Shown here one piece after another: positions 38,907 through 48,471 of a DNA stretch of 64,000 nt. The notes beneath the pieces were generated by a model, which did no database searches, was not told where the DNA came from, and saw nothing but the letters and a program-made list of their open reading frames with translations. Each line of letters opens with the position of its first letter. The stretch's first letter is position 1. The position numbers and the translations under genes were made by a program. The DNA comes from Candidatus Aenigmatarchaeota archaeon. Its GTDB lineage: Archaea; Aenigmatarchaeota; Aenigmatarchaeia; CG10238-14; SCSR01. The DNA is taken from contig JAWBWS010000002.1 in assembly GCA_038999725.1 (NCBI GenBank), forward strand, positions 94,850 to 158,849. The letters are read 5' to 3'.

Positions 38907-39065
38907 TCACAAGGCTTTTAATTTTTCTTCCATTTCTTTTATTTCTCTTTGAAATCTTTCAATAACTCTAGGTAAGTCTTTATCTTCTACTCTGAGAATT
39001 TTACTAGCCTCTCTTAATATCTTTTCTTTTTTCTTGAGCTTTTTCCACTCTTTCTTTGAAATCAT
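38907..39065 (-). CDS. 52-aa microprotein resembling the AlaRS C-terminal helical segment, not in ORF track
   Basis: MISKKEWKKLKKKEKILREASKILRVEDKDLPRVIERFQREIKEMEEKLKAL; SD-like GGGAG; overlaps the alaS 3' end in another frame. Confidence 0.7.
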   Translation of the reverse strand: MISKKEWKKLKKKEKILREASKILRVEDKDLPRVIERFQREIKEMEEKLKAL

Positions 39066-41382
39066 TTCTCTCCCTCTTCTTCAATTCTTTTCTCAATTTC
39101 TTCCATTTTTCAAAGAGTTCTCCAACAGCTTTAACAATTTCCTCTTCTTTTACATTCAATTTCTTTGCAACTTCATTTAATATCTTTTCTTTTTCTCTTA
39201 AGTATTCTAGAGCAACCTCTCCAGCTTTAATTTCAATTCTCACCAAACCATCAGCAATTCTCTTCGTCCTCAAAATTTTTATCAAACCAACTTCTCTTGT
39301 GTTATCGTTGTGTAGACCTCCACAAGCTTCAACATCAAACCCCTTTATCTCAACAATTCTCAATTTCTTCGAAGGTATATAGCCACCAGCATAAATTCCA
39401 AAACCATATTTCTTTTCAGCTTCTCCCCTCTCCATGATGAACTTCTTTATTGGCAAACCTTTTTGCACAATCATGTTGGCAAGATTTTCTATTTTTTCTT
39501 CTTCATCTTCACTTAGAGCTTCATAGTGCGTGATATCGATTCTTGCTTTTTCTTCTGTCTTTTCTGCACCATATTGATGAACATGTTGCCCTAAGATTTT
39601 CTTTACTGCTCCACTTATTATGTGAATTGCATCATGATGTTTTTTCAAAATTTCTCTCCTTCTCTTATCAACTTTACACTTGACAATTTGCCCCTCCCTC
39701 AAATCACAACTCTCAAGTTGATGAACTACCACAGAATTTGCCTTTATCACATCTACAACTCTATTTTCACCAATATAGCCAGTATCATGTTCTTGACCGC
39801 CAGAAGTTGGATAAAAAGCTGTTCTATCTAACACAACAAAGTTTCCAGAAACTTTCAAAACCTTTGCTTTAAAGTTTATTGTATCACCATAGTAAAGAAT
39901 TTTTGTTTTCGGTAAGTTGGAAATATCTAGAGCTATCTTTCTTTCTTCTTTTTTTTCAACCATGTGTCTTTCTGTAACTTTCTTATAAAAATCTGAAGAA
40001 ACTTCCATCCTAAGCTGTTCAGGGGTGATTCCTTCAGAATCATAAAGTTTTATCAATTCTTCTTCTGTTGGTCTTCTTTGAGCAAACATTTGAATGATTC
40101 TCTTTGCTCTCTCTTTTGTGTTTTTATATCTTTTTACCTCGATTTCTAAAATTTTCTCTATTTCTTCTTTTTTCTCTTCAAGTTCAGGGAACATTTTTTT
40201 CAAATAATCTATGTGCCAATTTGCAACATCCTCTATCTTTAAGTTCCATCCAAACTTATCGATGAAGCTCAAGGATCTTCTTAAAATAACTCTCAAATTA
40301 TAACCACCGGCAACATTGCTAGGTAAGCCACCATCTGCAATTGCAAAAACTAGAGCTCTTGCATGATCTGCTATTGCATATAGAGCATGTAAAGGTTCAA
40401 TTGTCTTTTGTAACTCCTCCACAGAAGTTTTAAGCGTGTTGGCAAGGAAAGATAAAACTGGTTTGAAGTCTGCGAACTCATCAATATCAATTCTTCCTGA
40501 AATTTTTGAGAATCGAACAAAAAATTTCTCATCATACTTTATTCCACAAGCCTTCTTCATTTTTTCCAAAACTGGACCGAAAACTGCATCATAGCAGGTG
40601 GGTGTGCCTTGAGTTATCCAAGTAAGTCTTTCCAATCCTGCGCCCATGTCGATTATCTTTTCCCTAGCTTCTTTATAGTTTTCAGGTGTTCCCAAGAATT
40701 CGGTAAAGACAGCATTGCCCAGTTCTATCCCCTGAACATGATATTCCAAGCTGCTTCCAAAAGCACCATAACCAAGCCAAGCATCTTCTATGAAATTTAT
40801 CTCTTCTGGCTTTATCCCAAAAACTTTTGTGAGAAGCTCGAAATCAAGCTCTATACATTTATCTTTCCAATAACCTTTTTTGCCATCGAAAAGGGAAGTT
40901 TGTTGGACCATCCCAAAACATGTAAAACTCTTCGAATTCAAGCCAACATTTGGTATATCATTGAAGCGTAAACAAGGTTGTAATAATATTGTGGGGTTTG
41001 CGGGAAATTCCCATTCAAGATTGTTATTTTCACCAATCCTGTAAAAGTTTACTATCCCTGCAATCGTGAAGTAAAGTGGATACCACCTACAAACTGTGGG
41101 ATAGCGCTCAAGTGCTATATGTCCACTATCAACAAAAAATTTCTGAATTCTTTTCCAAGTCTCAAAAATATCCCAACTTTTCTTGGTTGGAGGTTTACCT
41201 ATGAAGTCGTAAGTCCTACAACTAGAATCGTTGCAAGTTTCTTGCTTCTTGATTGACCAAAAATACTTACCACATTTACTACATTGCCTTCTCTCGAAGC
41301 CTAATTCATCGAAAATCTTAACCTTCCAAAAGCGGTTTGGATTTTTTTGAAATTCTTGAATCAATTCTTTCTTTGTTCTCAT
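39004..41382 (-). CDS. alaS: Alanine--tRNA ligase (no C-Ala/DHHA1 domain)
   Basis: QPCLRFND; ELGNAVF; DMGAGLER; IADHAR; FYPTSGGQ; editing motifs HHDAIH and CGGLH. Confidence 0.96.
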   Translation of the reverse strand: MRTKKELIQEFQKNPNRFWKVKIFDELGFERRQCSKCGKYFWSIKKQETCNDSSCRTYDFIGKPPTKKSWDIFETWKRIQKFFVDSGHIALERYPTVCRWYPLYFTIAGIVNFYRIGENNNLEWEFPANPTILLQPCLRFNDIPNVGLNSKSFTCFGMVQQTSLFDGKKGYWKDKCIELDFELLTKVFGIKPEEINFIEDAWLGYGAFGSSLEYHVQGIELGNAVFTEFLGTPENYKEAREKIIDMGAGLERLTWITQGTPTCYDAVFGPVLEKMKKACGIKYDEKFFVRFSKISGRIDIDEFADFKPVLSFLANTLKTSVEELQKTIEPLHALYAIADHARALVFAIADGGLPSNVAGGYNLRVILRRSLSFIDKFGWNLKIEDVANWHIDYLKKMFPELEEKKEEIEKILEIEVKRYKNTKERAKRIIQMFAQRRPTEEELIKLYDSEGITPEQLRMEVSSDFYKKVTERHMVEKKEERKIALDISNLPKTKILYYGDTINFKAKVLKVSGNFVVLDRTAFYPTSGGQEHDTGYIGENRVVDVIKANSVVVHQLESCDLREGQIVKCKVDKRRREILKKHHDAIHIISGAVKKILGQHVHQYGAEKTEEKARIDITHYEALSEDEEEKIENLANMIVQKGLPIKKFIMERGEAEKKYGFGIYAGGYIPSKKLRIVEIKGFDVEACGGLHNDNTREVGLIKILRTKRIADGLVRIEIKAGEVALEYLREKEKILNEVAKKLNVKEEEIVKAVGELFEKWKKLRKELKKRERNDFKERVEKAQEKRKDIKRG

Positions 41383-41420
41383 ATTTTTTCACTAACTCGT
41401 CAATAAAGACATTTTTGATT

Positions 41421-41807
41421 CTAGTTTAAATATGGTTCTTGCGCTCTTAACTCATTCACTAAAACTTCTATGAAGCTCTTACCCAATTTTCTCATTTCTT
41501 CTATTGTTTTTCTCATTCGCCGTAATCTCCTAGTTCTTACATATCCTCTCAAAATTTTCCTTTCATATTTTTCAACTTCAATTGGAAAATCTTCTTTCTC
41601 TATTTCATCAGGATTGTTTGACAACATCTCTATTATAATTCTTACATGGTTGATTTTATAGATATTTTTATCGGCATGATTTCTCATATCATCGGCACAA
41701 CTATTTACTGGTATCAAGTAGGGTTTTTTTAAACGATTTATGTAAACTTTGAGTTTTCTTGGATTGGTTTTCATATTGAATAAAAAAACATTAAAGTTTA
41801 AATTCAT
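41421..41807 (-). CDS. Hypothetical protein (start possibly at internal MKTNP)
   Basis: ORF between the TctA-like gene and alaS on the same strand. Confidence 0.5.
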   Translation of the reverse strand: MNLNFNVFLFNMKTNPRKLKVYINRLKKPYLIPVNSCADDMRNHADKNIYKINHVRIIIEMLSNNPDEIEKEDFPIEVEKYERKILRGYVRTRRLRRMRKTIEEMRKLGKSFIEVLVNELRAQEPYLN

Positions 41808-43045
41808 TTCTCAAACATCGAAAGAACCAAGGGATTTAAACCTGCAAAAAATAAAATGCTTGGAATTAAAAGCACGCCCATACAATAACTTCTTCTCACT
41901 TCAAAATTGGCACAAAGAAGGCCGATAGCAGTTGAAATTGAAAGGATGATAACACCTATAATTCCTGTCCAAATAAAAGTCAAAATAAAAATAAAGCTTA
42001 TAACCGAAAGTGTTAAAGTTTTGTAATCTAGCTTGATTAGAATTTTTGATATTTGTTTAGCAAGGTAAAGTGTGAGTAAAGCTGAAATCCCTGAAACAAA
42101 ACAAATTGTTCCGAGCAAAAGTAAGACATCAAAAAAGCTTAGCTCTGTTAAAATTTGTTGGATTGCAACACTTGAACCACTTCTTGGATTTGAAACAAGG
42201 TAAAGGGAGATGAGAGAGAAAACTTCGTTACCAACATTTATTCCCGAAAGGGTAATAAGGAAACTTCTTGCATCCCCTCTTCCAGTAAGATATTGCATCA
42301 TAACAGCGGCTTCTGAAATCCCGACTGCAGGTAAGAAGCCTACAATAATCCCGGCAATTGAGCCCAAGAAACTTGACTTTAGAATTTCTTTTGTTGAGAT
42401 TTTAAGAGAAAAATCTTCTTTTTGTTCAGGAATTTTTGAAGTTTCAGAAAAGCTTATTATCAAAGTGCTCAAACCAAACATTCCAGTCAAAACAGGAAAG
42501 AGAATATGTTGTGAAGGTAAAAGTTGGGAATTCAAAACAAGTAGGCCAAAAATTCCTGAAAGCAAAATTATGAAAGTTGAAAAAATCATCTTTTTTGGCT
42601 TTTTCTCAGAAAGAATCATGAAAGCTACAACAGCAATTAGGGCAAGGTGTATGTATGGTCTCGTGAGCTTGTAGAAAGATGCAAAGTAGGGTGAAAGAAA
42701 TGCTATGAGGAAAAGGCTGAAAATCAAAGAGCCTATGCCACCTATGACTGTAAGTTTAACTGCCTCATACCCCCTTCCTTCTAGAAGAAGTCTATGACCC
42801 GGTAAAACTGCTAAAGTAGTGCCCTCTTCAGGTGCACCGATGAAAATTGATGGAATAAAATTAAAGAATATCTCACTCATCGCTGCAGAAACAATAAGAA
42901 CTACCAAATGGTGAGGGGGTAAGTTAAAAAAAGTTGAAAGAGAGAAAAGCAGAGGTAATAAAGTGTTGATATGCATGCTCGGCATCAAACCTCCAAATAA
43001 ACCTATTAAAATTCCGAGGATTGAAACAAGAATAAAACTAAACAT
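41804..43045 (-). CDS. TctA/DUF112-family membrane protein
   Basis: GLMPSMHIN; FIPSIFIGAP; VLPGHRLLLEGRG; NPRSG. Confidence 0.9.
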   Translation of the reverse strand: MFSFILVSILGILIGLFGGLMPSMHINTLLPLLFSLSTFFNLPPHHLVVLIVSAAMSEIFFNFIPSIFIGAPEEGTTLAVLPGHRLLLEGRGYEAVKLTVIGGIGSLIFSLFLIAFLSPYFASFYKLTRPYIHLALIAVVAFMILSEKKPKKMIFSTFIILLSGIFGLLVLNSQLLPSQHILFPVLTGMFGLSTLIISFSETSKIPEQKEDFSLKISTKEILKSSFLGSIAGIIVGFLPAVGISEAAVMMQYLTGRGDARSFLITLSGINVGNEVFSLISLYLVSNPRSGSSVAIQQILTELSFFDVLLLLGTICFVSGISALLTLYLAKQISKILIKLDYKTLTLSVISFIFILTFIWTGIIGVIILSISTAIGLLCANFEVRRSYCMGVLLIPSILFFAGLNPLVLSMFEK

Positions 43046-43046
43046 A

Positions 43047-43454
43047 TCACTTCAAACTATCTAAGATTTGAATATCACTCGGCCTTCTGGGAACAATTTG
43101 AAGTTGACCTTTGTATTCACTTACAATCCCGGTAATTCTCACACTCCTACCCTTTCTTAAGTCGTATTGAGTTATACCATTGTTACTCAACTTGTTGGCT
43201 AAACTAGAAAAAATTGGAACTTCTATTTTTGCATCATCATCTACTAAAGTTAAGAAAATATGACCTGCCTCGTGCTTTCTAACATAAGAAATTTTGCCAG
43301 TTGTAGAGATCAGCTTACCAATTAATTTTGAATCTATTTTACTTATTCTTATCTCGGAGGGGGAAACTGCTGAAACTGAAAAATAGAGGAAAATTAAACC
43401 TGTTAATGAAACTAAGATACAAGTTATTATAAAAATTTTTTTCTTAATTTCCAT
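43047..43454 (-). CDS. Membrane-anchored OB-fold protein
   Basis: TM; GHIFLTLVDD; VRITGIVSEYKGQLQIVP. Confidence 0.85.
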   Translation of the reverse strand: MEIKKKIFIITCILVSLTGLIFLYFSVSAVSPSEIRISKIDSKLIGKLISTTGKISYVRKHEAGHIFLTLVDDDAKIEVPIFSSLANKLSNNGITQYDLRKGRSVRITGIVSEYKGQLQIVPRRPSDIQILDSLK

Positions 43455-43704
43455 GCTTAAGTTTGGGTAGAATATTATTCATATAGGTTTAGAACTACAA
43501 GGGTGAGTTAAATTACTTTTCAAAACCTTTCATGTTGAGGTAAACAATTGTGGCTAACAAACCACTGAAAGCTGTAGTTATTATTGAAAATTAGAACTTG
43601 ATATTAGAAGAAGTGCAAAATAAACCCGAAGGTTTTCTACTATAAATCCGGAATTTCTCCAAAAATTTTAAAGCTAAACCCATAAGTACACTAAAATAAA
43701 AAAC

Positions 43705-46584
43705 TTAGGCTCTATTGAAAGCTATGCTTATCTTTCTACCATCAAATTCAAGAGTATCTGAAAATTTTCCTTTAATGACACCTATTACAACAGATTTGGC
43801 CCCAACTTCCTTTGCTATTGTTCTTTTACTTTTTTCCAAGAGCTTGTTTGTTTTCTCGTCAGAACTTAAAGTTAGATTAACTCTTTCCTTAACAATAAAA
43901 CCAAATTTCTTTCTCATCTCTTGTATTTTTCTGACAAGCTCTCTCAAAAGAGCTTCGTCTAAAAGCTCTTCATCCAGTTTAGAAGGTATGAAAACTTCGC
44001 CTAGAGCAAAATTTGCTGTTGAAAATTCGCCCTTTGGTTTCTCTTTTACAACTTTTACATCTTTAGCGTTACAAATCTTGAGTATACATTCTTTCAAGTC
44101 TTTCACAGTATCCAAAACTCTCTTATCTTTTGATGTAATAATGAGTGAGGATATTGGCCACCTGAGCTTGAGATTGCACTTTTGTCTTGCTGCACTAGCT
44201 GCCTCAAAAATTTGTTTAGCAATTTTCATCTCTTCCTCCAGCTTTTTGTTTATCTTCTGTTTTCTAACCTTTGGCCAATTTTCCATATGTAGAGAAAGCT
44301 TACCATTCTTCAAGGGCTTGATAACTTCTTGATAAACTTGTTCTGATAAGAAAGGACAAATAGGCGCTAAAAGTTTGACTAAAACCTCTGTGACATTTAA
44401 ACAAGTGAAGAAGGCTGCTTTTTTGTCTTTTCCCTCATACAGAGGCCAAACTCTGTCTCTTATAAGCTTGATGTACCATCTTGAGAAATCGTTTAGGATG
44501 AAGTCCAAAATTTCATTTGCAGCTTTGTGAGCATTGTAATCTTGGAAATGTTTGGTACAACTCTCCACTAAAGAGTTCAATCTAGAGAGAATCCATTTAT
44601 CTTCTTGTTTCATAGCTTTAGGACTTCCAGGAGAAGTGACATATGTTTTGATAAAATTGAAAGTATTTCTGACTATCACAAAATCTTTTGCTATTTCTTC
44701 CATTTCTTGCCAACTGAAGTAGTAATCATTCCAAGGTTCACTTGAAAGATAGTAAAATCTAAGCAAATCTCTCCCATATTTTTCTATCACTTCTTCTGTG
44801 CTCACAATGTTCTGCAAGCTTTTAGACATCTTTTGACCATGAGCATCTAGAACTAATCCGTGCATCAAAACACTCTTGAAGGGAGCTTTGCCAAAAGTCA
44901 TCATGCTCGTTATCATCAAAGAATTCCACCAACCACGAAATTGGTCAGAACCTTCTAATATGAAGTCAGCAGGCCAAAGTTTCTTGAAAAGTTTTTTATT
45001 TTTTGGGTAGCCTAAAGAAGCCCAAGAAGCCACTCCAGAATCAAACCAAACATCAAGCACGTCTGGAATTCTTTTCATCTTACCTCCACACTCACATTCC
45101 AAAATTACTTCATCTATATATGGTTTGTGGAAGTCTCTTGGCATTTTTGGCAACTCTTCTCTTGAGCCTATAACCTTGATGTCTCCACATTTCTCACAAA
45201 TCCAAATTGGAAGAGGAATTCCCCAATACCTTTGCCTTGAAATCGGCCAATCTCCTAGGCTTTCAAGCCAATTTTGGAATCTTTGGCTTGCCCAATTTGG
45301 GTTCCATTTTATCTTCTTATTCTCTTCTATTAACTTTTCCCTTATTGCTGTGACTTTGAAAAACCATTGGGGCAGAGAAATTTGAAGTAATGGTGTGCTG
45401 CACCTCCAGCAGATTGGGTAATCGTGTTCTATCGTCTCTTCATGGAGCAGCAATCCTTTAGCTCTAAGGTCCTGTATTATAAGCTTGTCAGCATCCTTAA
45501 CAAACATCCCAGAATATTTACCACAAGTCTCATTAAAAGTTCCGTCGATTTTGACAGGAGAAACCATTGGTAGGCCGGTTTCCAATCCAACTTTGTAGTC
45601 TTCTTCACCGTGTCCAGGAGCTGTGTGAACTAAGCCCGTACCTTCTTCCAAACTCACGAATTGAGTTGAAAGAACCACTCTGTGAGCATTAGTTAAAACT
45701 TGTTGAAACTTGAACTCATCAAAAAATGGATGTTCATATTTCAGGTTTTCCAGATTTTTTCCCAATTTTATCTCTAAAATTTTGTAGTCTTTTATTCCAA
45801 CCTTTTTCATTACAACCTCCAAAAGTTGTTTAGCTAAAATCAAAACTTCATCCCCAACTTGAACAAAAGCATATTCTGCGTCAGGCTTTACCATTATACC
45901 TGTGTTCGCAGGTAAAGTCCAAGGTGTAGTTGTCCATACCACAAGGTATTCATTTGGCTTGTTCTTGAGTTTGAATTTTACATAAATTGAAGGATCTTTA
46001 AGTTTTGTGTATTCTATCTCATTATAAGCAACTACTGTCTCGCATTTTGGACAAACATGCACAGGATAATTCCCTTTGTATAAAAAGCCCTTCTCAAAAG
46101 CTTTCTTGAACGTGAACCAAGCTCCTTCTATGTACTCATTTGTTAAGGTTAAGTAAGGATTTTTCCAGTCCATCCAAACTCCCAAGTTTTCAAACTGCCT
46201 TGCCATCACATCAATGTATTTTGTTGCAAATTCTCTACATTTTTGTATGAATTTAGCAACACCAAACTTCTCTATATCTTTCTTACTCTTGAACCCAAGC
46301 TCTTTTTCCACTTTGTTTTCTATTGGTACACCATGAGTATCATAACCTGGCTGGTCCCAAACATTAAAGCCAAACATTCTGAAAAATCTGAGATAACAAT
46401 CTTTAAGAACTTTATTCATGGCAGTACCAACATGAATGCTTCCAGTAGCATATGGTGGACCATCTAAAAAATAAAATTTTCTAGCCTTTTTCCTTTGAGC
46501 CTTAACCTTCTCGTAAATTTTATTCTTCTTCCAGAATTGCATTATCTTTTCTTCTTGTTTTTTAAATGCAGTTTGTTGGAGCAT
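43705..46584 (-). CDS. ileS: Isoleucine--tRNA ligase
   Basis: DGPPYATGSIHVG; WTTTPWTLP; ISRQRYWG; EGSDQFRGW; KMSKS; ATG at 46584 preferred over the in-frame GTG at 46641. Confidence 0.97.
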   Translation of the reverse strand: MLQQTAFKKQEEKIMQFWKKNKIYEKVKAQRKKARKFYFLDGPPYATGSIHVGTAMNKVLKDCYLRFFRMFGFNVWDQPGYDTHGVPIENKVEKELGFKSKKDIEKFGVAKFIQKCREFATKYIDVMARQFENLGVWMDWKNPYLTLTNEYIEGAWFTFKKAFEKGFLYKGNYPVHVCPKCETVVAYNEIEYTKLKDPSIYVKFKLKNKPNEYLVVWTTTPWTLPANTGIMVKPDAEYAFVQVGDEVLILAKQLLEVVMKKVGIKDYKILEIKLGKNLENLKYEHPFFDEFKFQQVLTNAHRVVLSTQFVSLEEGTGLVHTAPGHGEEDYKVGLETGLPMVSPVKIDGTFNETCGKYSGMFVKDADKLIIQDLRAKGLLLHEETIEHDYPICWRCSTPLLQISLPQWFFKVTAIREKLIEENKKIKWNPNWASQRFQNWLESLGDWPISRQRYWGIPLPIWICEKCGDIKVIGSREELPKMPRDFHKPYIDEVILECECGGKMKRIPDVLDVWFDSGVASWASLGYPKNKKLFKKLWPADFILEGSDQFRGWWNSLMITSMMTFGKAPFKSVLMHGLVLDAHGQKMSKSLQNIVSTEEVIEKYGRDLLRFYYLSSEPWNDYYFSWQEMEEIAKDFVIVRNTFNFIKTYVTSPGSPKAMKQEDKWILSRLNSLVESCTKHFQDYNAHKAANEILDFILNDFSRWYIKLIRDRVWPLYEGKDKKAAFFTCLNVTEVLVKLLAPICPFLSEQVYQEVIKPLKNGKLSLHMENWPKVRKQKINKKLEEEMKIAKQIFEAASAARQKCNLKLRWPISSLIITSKDKRVLDTVKDLKECILKICNAKDVKVVKEKPKGEFSTANFALGEVFIPSKLDEELLDEALLRELVRKIQEMRKKFGFIVKERVNLTLSSDEKTNKLLEKSKRTIAKEVGAKSVVIGVIKGKFSDTLEFDGRKISIAFNRA

Positions 46585-46624
46585 AAATTCATTTTTAGAG
46601 TTTTGTTTAAATAAAAATTCAGAA

Positions 46625-46648
46625 TTAGATCCGAGTATCACCCTTCAT
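46625..46648 (-). promoter_or_regulatory. Putative ileS leader peptide MKGDTRI*
   Basis: GAGGAG-AAA-ATG AAG GGT GAT ACT CGG ATC TAA, just downstream of TATA-like AAAAGTTTAAGTA and 40 nt upstream of the ileS ATG. Confidence 0.55.
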
Positions 46649-46871
46649 TTTCTCCTCAGTTTTAATTTATGAGGCAAGATACTTAAACTTTTTCTCAATT
46701 ATGGTTGAATTTGTTCCTGAGGTTTGTGTCATCAACAATAGCAATGAGATTATAATTTAGGTTGATACAAAGCTACCAGTGGTAATAAGTAAAGAAGATT
46801 GCAAAGTTTTATTATTAGGCACTAACACATATACTATAGGCTTAAGGTGGGATATGGTTGGTGAAGGAAAG

Positions 46872-48209
46872 ATGAAGTTCCAATCTCCAAAGGGAACTAG
46901 AGATTTGGGACCAGAAGAAATGATTATTCGTGACTATGTGATTCAAACCATTAAAAGGGTTTTTGAATCATATGGCTTTGAAGCTCTAGAAACTCCTGCT
47001 TTAGAAGATTTAGATCTTCTAACAGCAAAAAGTGGTAAAGATATTGTCAAACAGATTTTCAGGATAGAAAGTGAAGGTAAAAAAAAGCTTGGTTTGAGAT
47101 TTGATTTAACGGTTCCTTTAGCAAGATTTCTTGTAAATAACCCCCAACTACCTAAACCATTCAAAAGATATGCTATTGCCCCTGTTTGGCGCTATGAAGA
47201 GCCACAGGCTGGAAGGTTAAGACAATTTTACCAAGCTGATGTTGATATTTGTGGCCCAAGTAGCATGGAAGCTGATGTGGAGTGTATAGCCTGTGCTATA
47301 GATTGCTTGAAAGCTTTGGGCCTTGAAAAATTGAAAGTTAGAATAAACAACAGGAAGCTCTTAGAAGCTTTTGTTGAAATAGTGAAAGAAAAAATTCCGG
47401 AGGAAGTAGAAATTGAGTTTGGTAATCTTGAGGTCTTCAGGATTTTAGATAAATTAAGTAAAATTGGTGTTAGTGGTGTAAAAGAGGAATTGAAGAAAAT
47501 TGGAATGCCGAAAAAACAAATAGATGAGTTGCTTGAAATTGCTTCAATAAGAGGAAAATATGAAGAGGTGTTGAAAAAAGGGGAAGCTTTGGTTAAAGAC
47601 AATCCTAAAGGAAGAGAAGGAATAGAAGAATTAAAACAAATTTTTGAGTTTTCAAAACTTTATGGAATAGCTGAATTGCTTATTCTTGACTTTGGCTTGG
47701 CAAGAGGGCTTGACTATTACACTGGCCCTATATTTGAAATTGAAATGGAGGGAGAAAAAATTGGGTCCTTAGCTGGTGGTGGAAGGTATGATAATTTAAT
47801 TGAACTTTATGGAGGAAAACCAACTCCTGCGACTGGAATTTCTCTTGGTGTAGAAAGGATAATAGAAATCATGAAGAGAAAGAAAATTGTTGAGCTCCCA
47901 AAAACAAGAATTAAAGTTTTTGTTGCAAATGTTAGTAAAGAAGTTAGGGCTGAGGTGATAAGAGTTGCTGGAATACTTAGAAATGAGGGAATTCCGACTC
48001 AAACAGATTTAATGAACAGAAGTTTAACAAAACAACTTGAGTATGCAGACTCTCTTGGGATACCTTTTGTTTTGATAGTGGGAATGAAAGAATTACAAAC
48101 AAAGAAATTCAAATTGAGAGACATGAGGAAAAAAATTGAGAAAGAACTTGAAATTGAAGAAATTGTAGAATTACTTAAAAATTATAATTCTGGCTTTGCT
48201 AATTTCTAA
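46872..48209 (+). CDS. hisS: Histidine--tRNA ligase
   Basis: PKGTRD; LRFDLTVPLAR; RQFYQAD; LARGLDYYTG; GGGRYD; alternative start at 46854. Confidence 0.97.
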   Translation: MKFQSPKGTRDLGPEEMIIRDYVIQTIKRVFESYGFEALETPALEDLDLLTAKSGKDIVKQIFRIESEGKKKLGLRFDLTVPLARFLVNNPQLPKPFKRYAIAPVWRYEEPQAGRLRQFYQADVDICGPSSMEADVECIACAIDCLKALGLEKLKVRINNRKLLEAFVEIVKEKIPEEVEIEFGNLEVFRILDKLSKIGVSGVKEELKKIGMPKKQIDELLEIASIRGKYEEVLKKGEALVKDNPKGREGIEELKQIFEFSKLYGIAELLILDFGLARGLDYYTGPIFEIEMEGEKIGSLAGGGRYDNLIELYGGKPTPATGISLGVERIIEIMKRKKIVELPKTRIKVFVANVSKEVRAEVIRVAGILRNEGIPTQTDLMNRSLTKQLEYADSLGIPFVLIVGMKELQTKKFKLRDMRKKIEKELEIEEIVELLKNYNSGFANF

Positions 48210-48307
48210 ACAAAGTTTTCTTCAAGTAACGATCCACATTCCCCACATACCAAGCCTTCTAGGCTATGGATAAGTTTTTCACTGCCACACTCTGGACATG
48301 CTTTCAT
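48206..48307 (-). CDS. Stand-alone TFIIB-type zinc-ribbon microprotein (33 aa), not in ORF track
   Basis: MKACPECGSEKLIHSLEGLVCGECGSLLEENFV. Confidence 0.7.
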   Translation of the reverse strand: MKACPECGSEKLIHSLEGLVCGECGSLLEENFV

Positions 48308-48471
48308 ACTATCTCTGATTAAAAGAGAACCAATCTGTCTTAAATGCTTTACTGTTCTATAAATGTTGTTTCAGAGTTGATAGTTTTGTTACAATTATGA
48401 AGTAAAAAAACAAAATGAAAATTTAAAAAAGTTGGAATAAACTTAAAATTGAGAAAACACAAGGTTAAATT

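Noticed and set aside
43455-43704. Short hydrophobic ORF fragments between ileS and the OB-fold gene
   Set aside because: Fragmented with no recognisable family; too weak to call
46630-46650. T-box-like AATGAAGGGTGATACTCGG upstream of ileS
   Set aside because: Lacks the UGGN needed to pair with tRNA NCCA and has no stem I; better explained as the leader ORF
46799-46825. TTG-started uORF ending Arg-His-stop upstream of hisS
   Set aside because: It overlaps the likely TATA element (AAAGTTTTATTA) and has no SD, so it is probably not transcribed; recheck if aaRS leaders prove general
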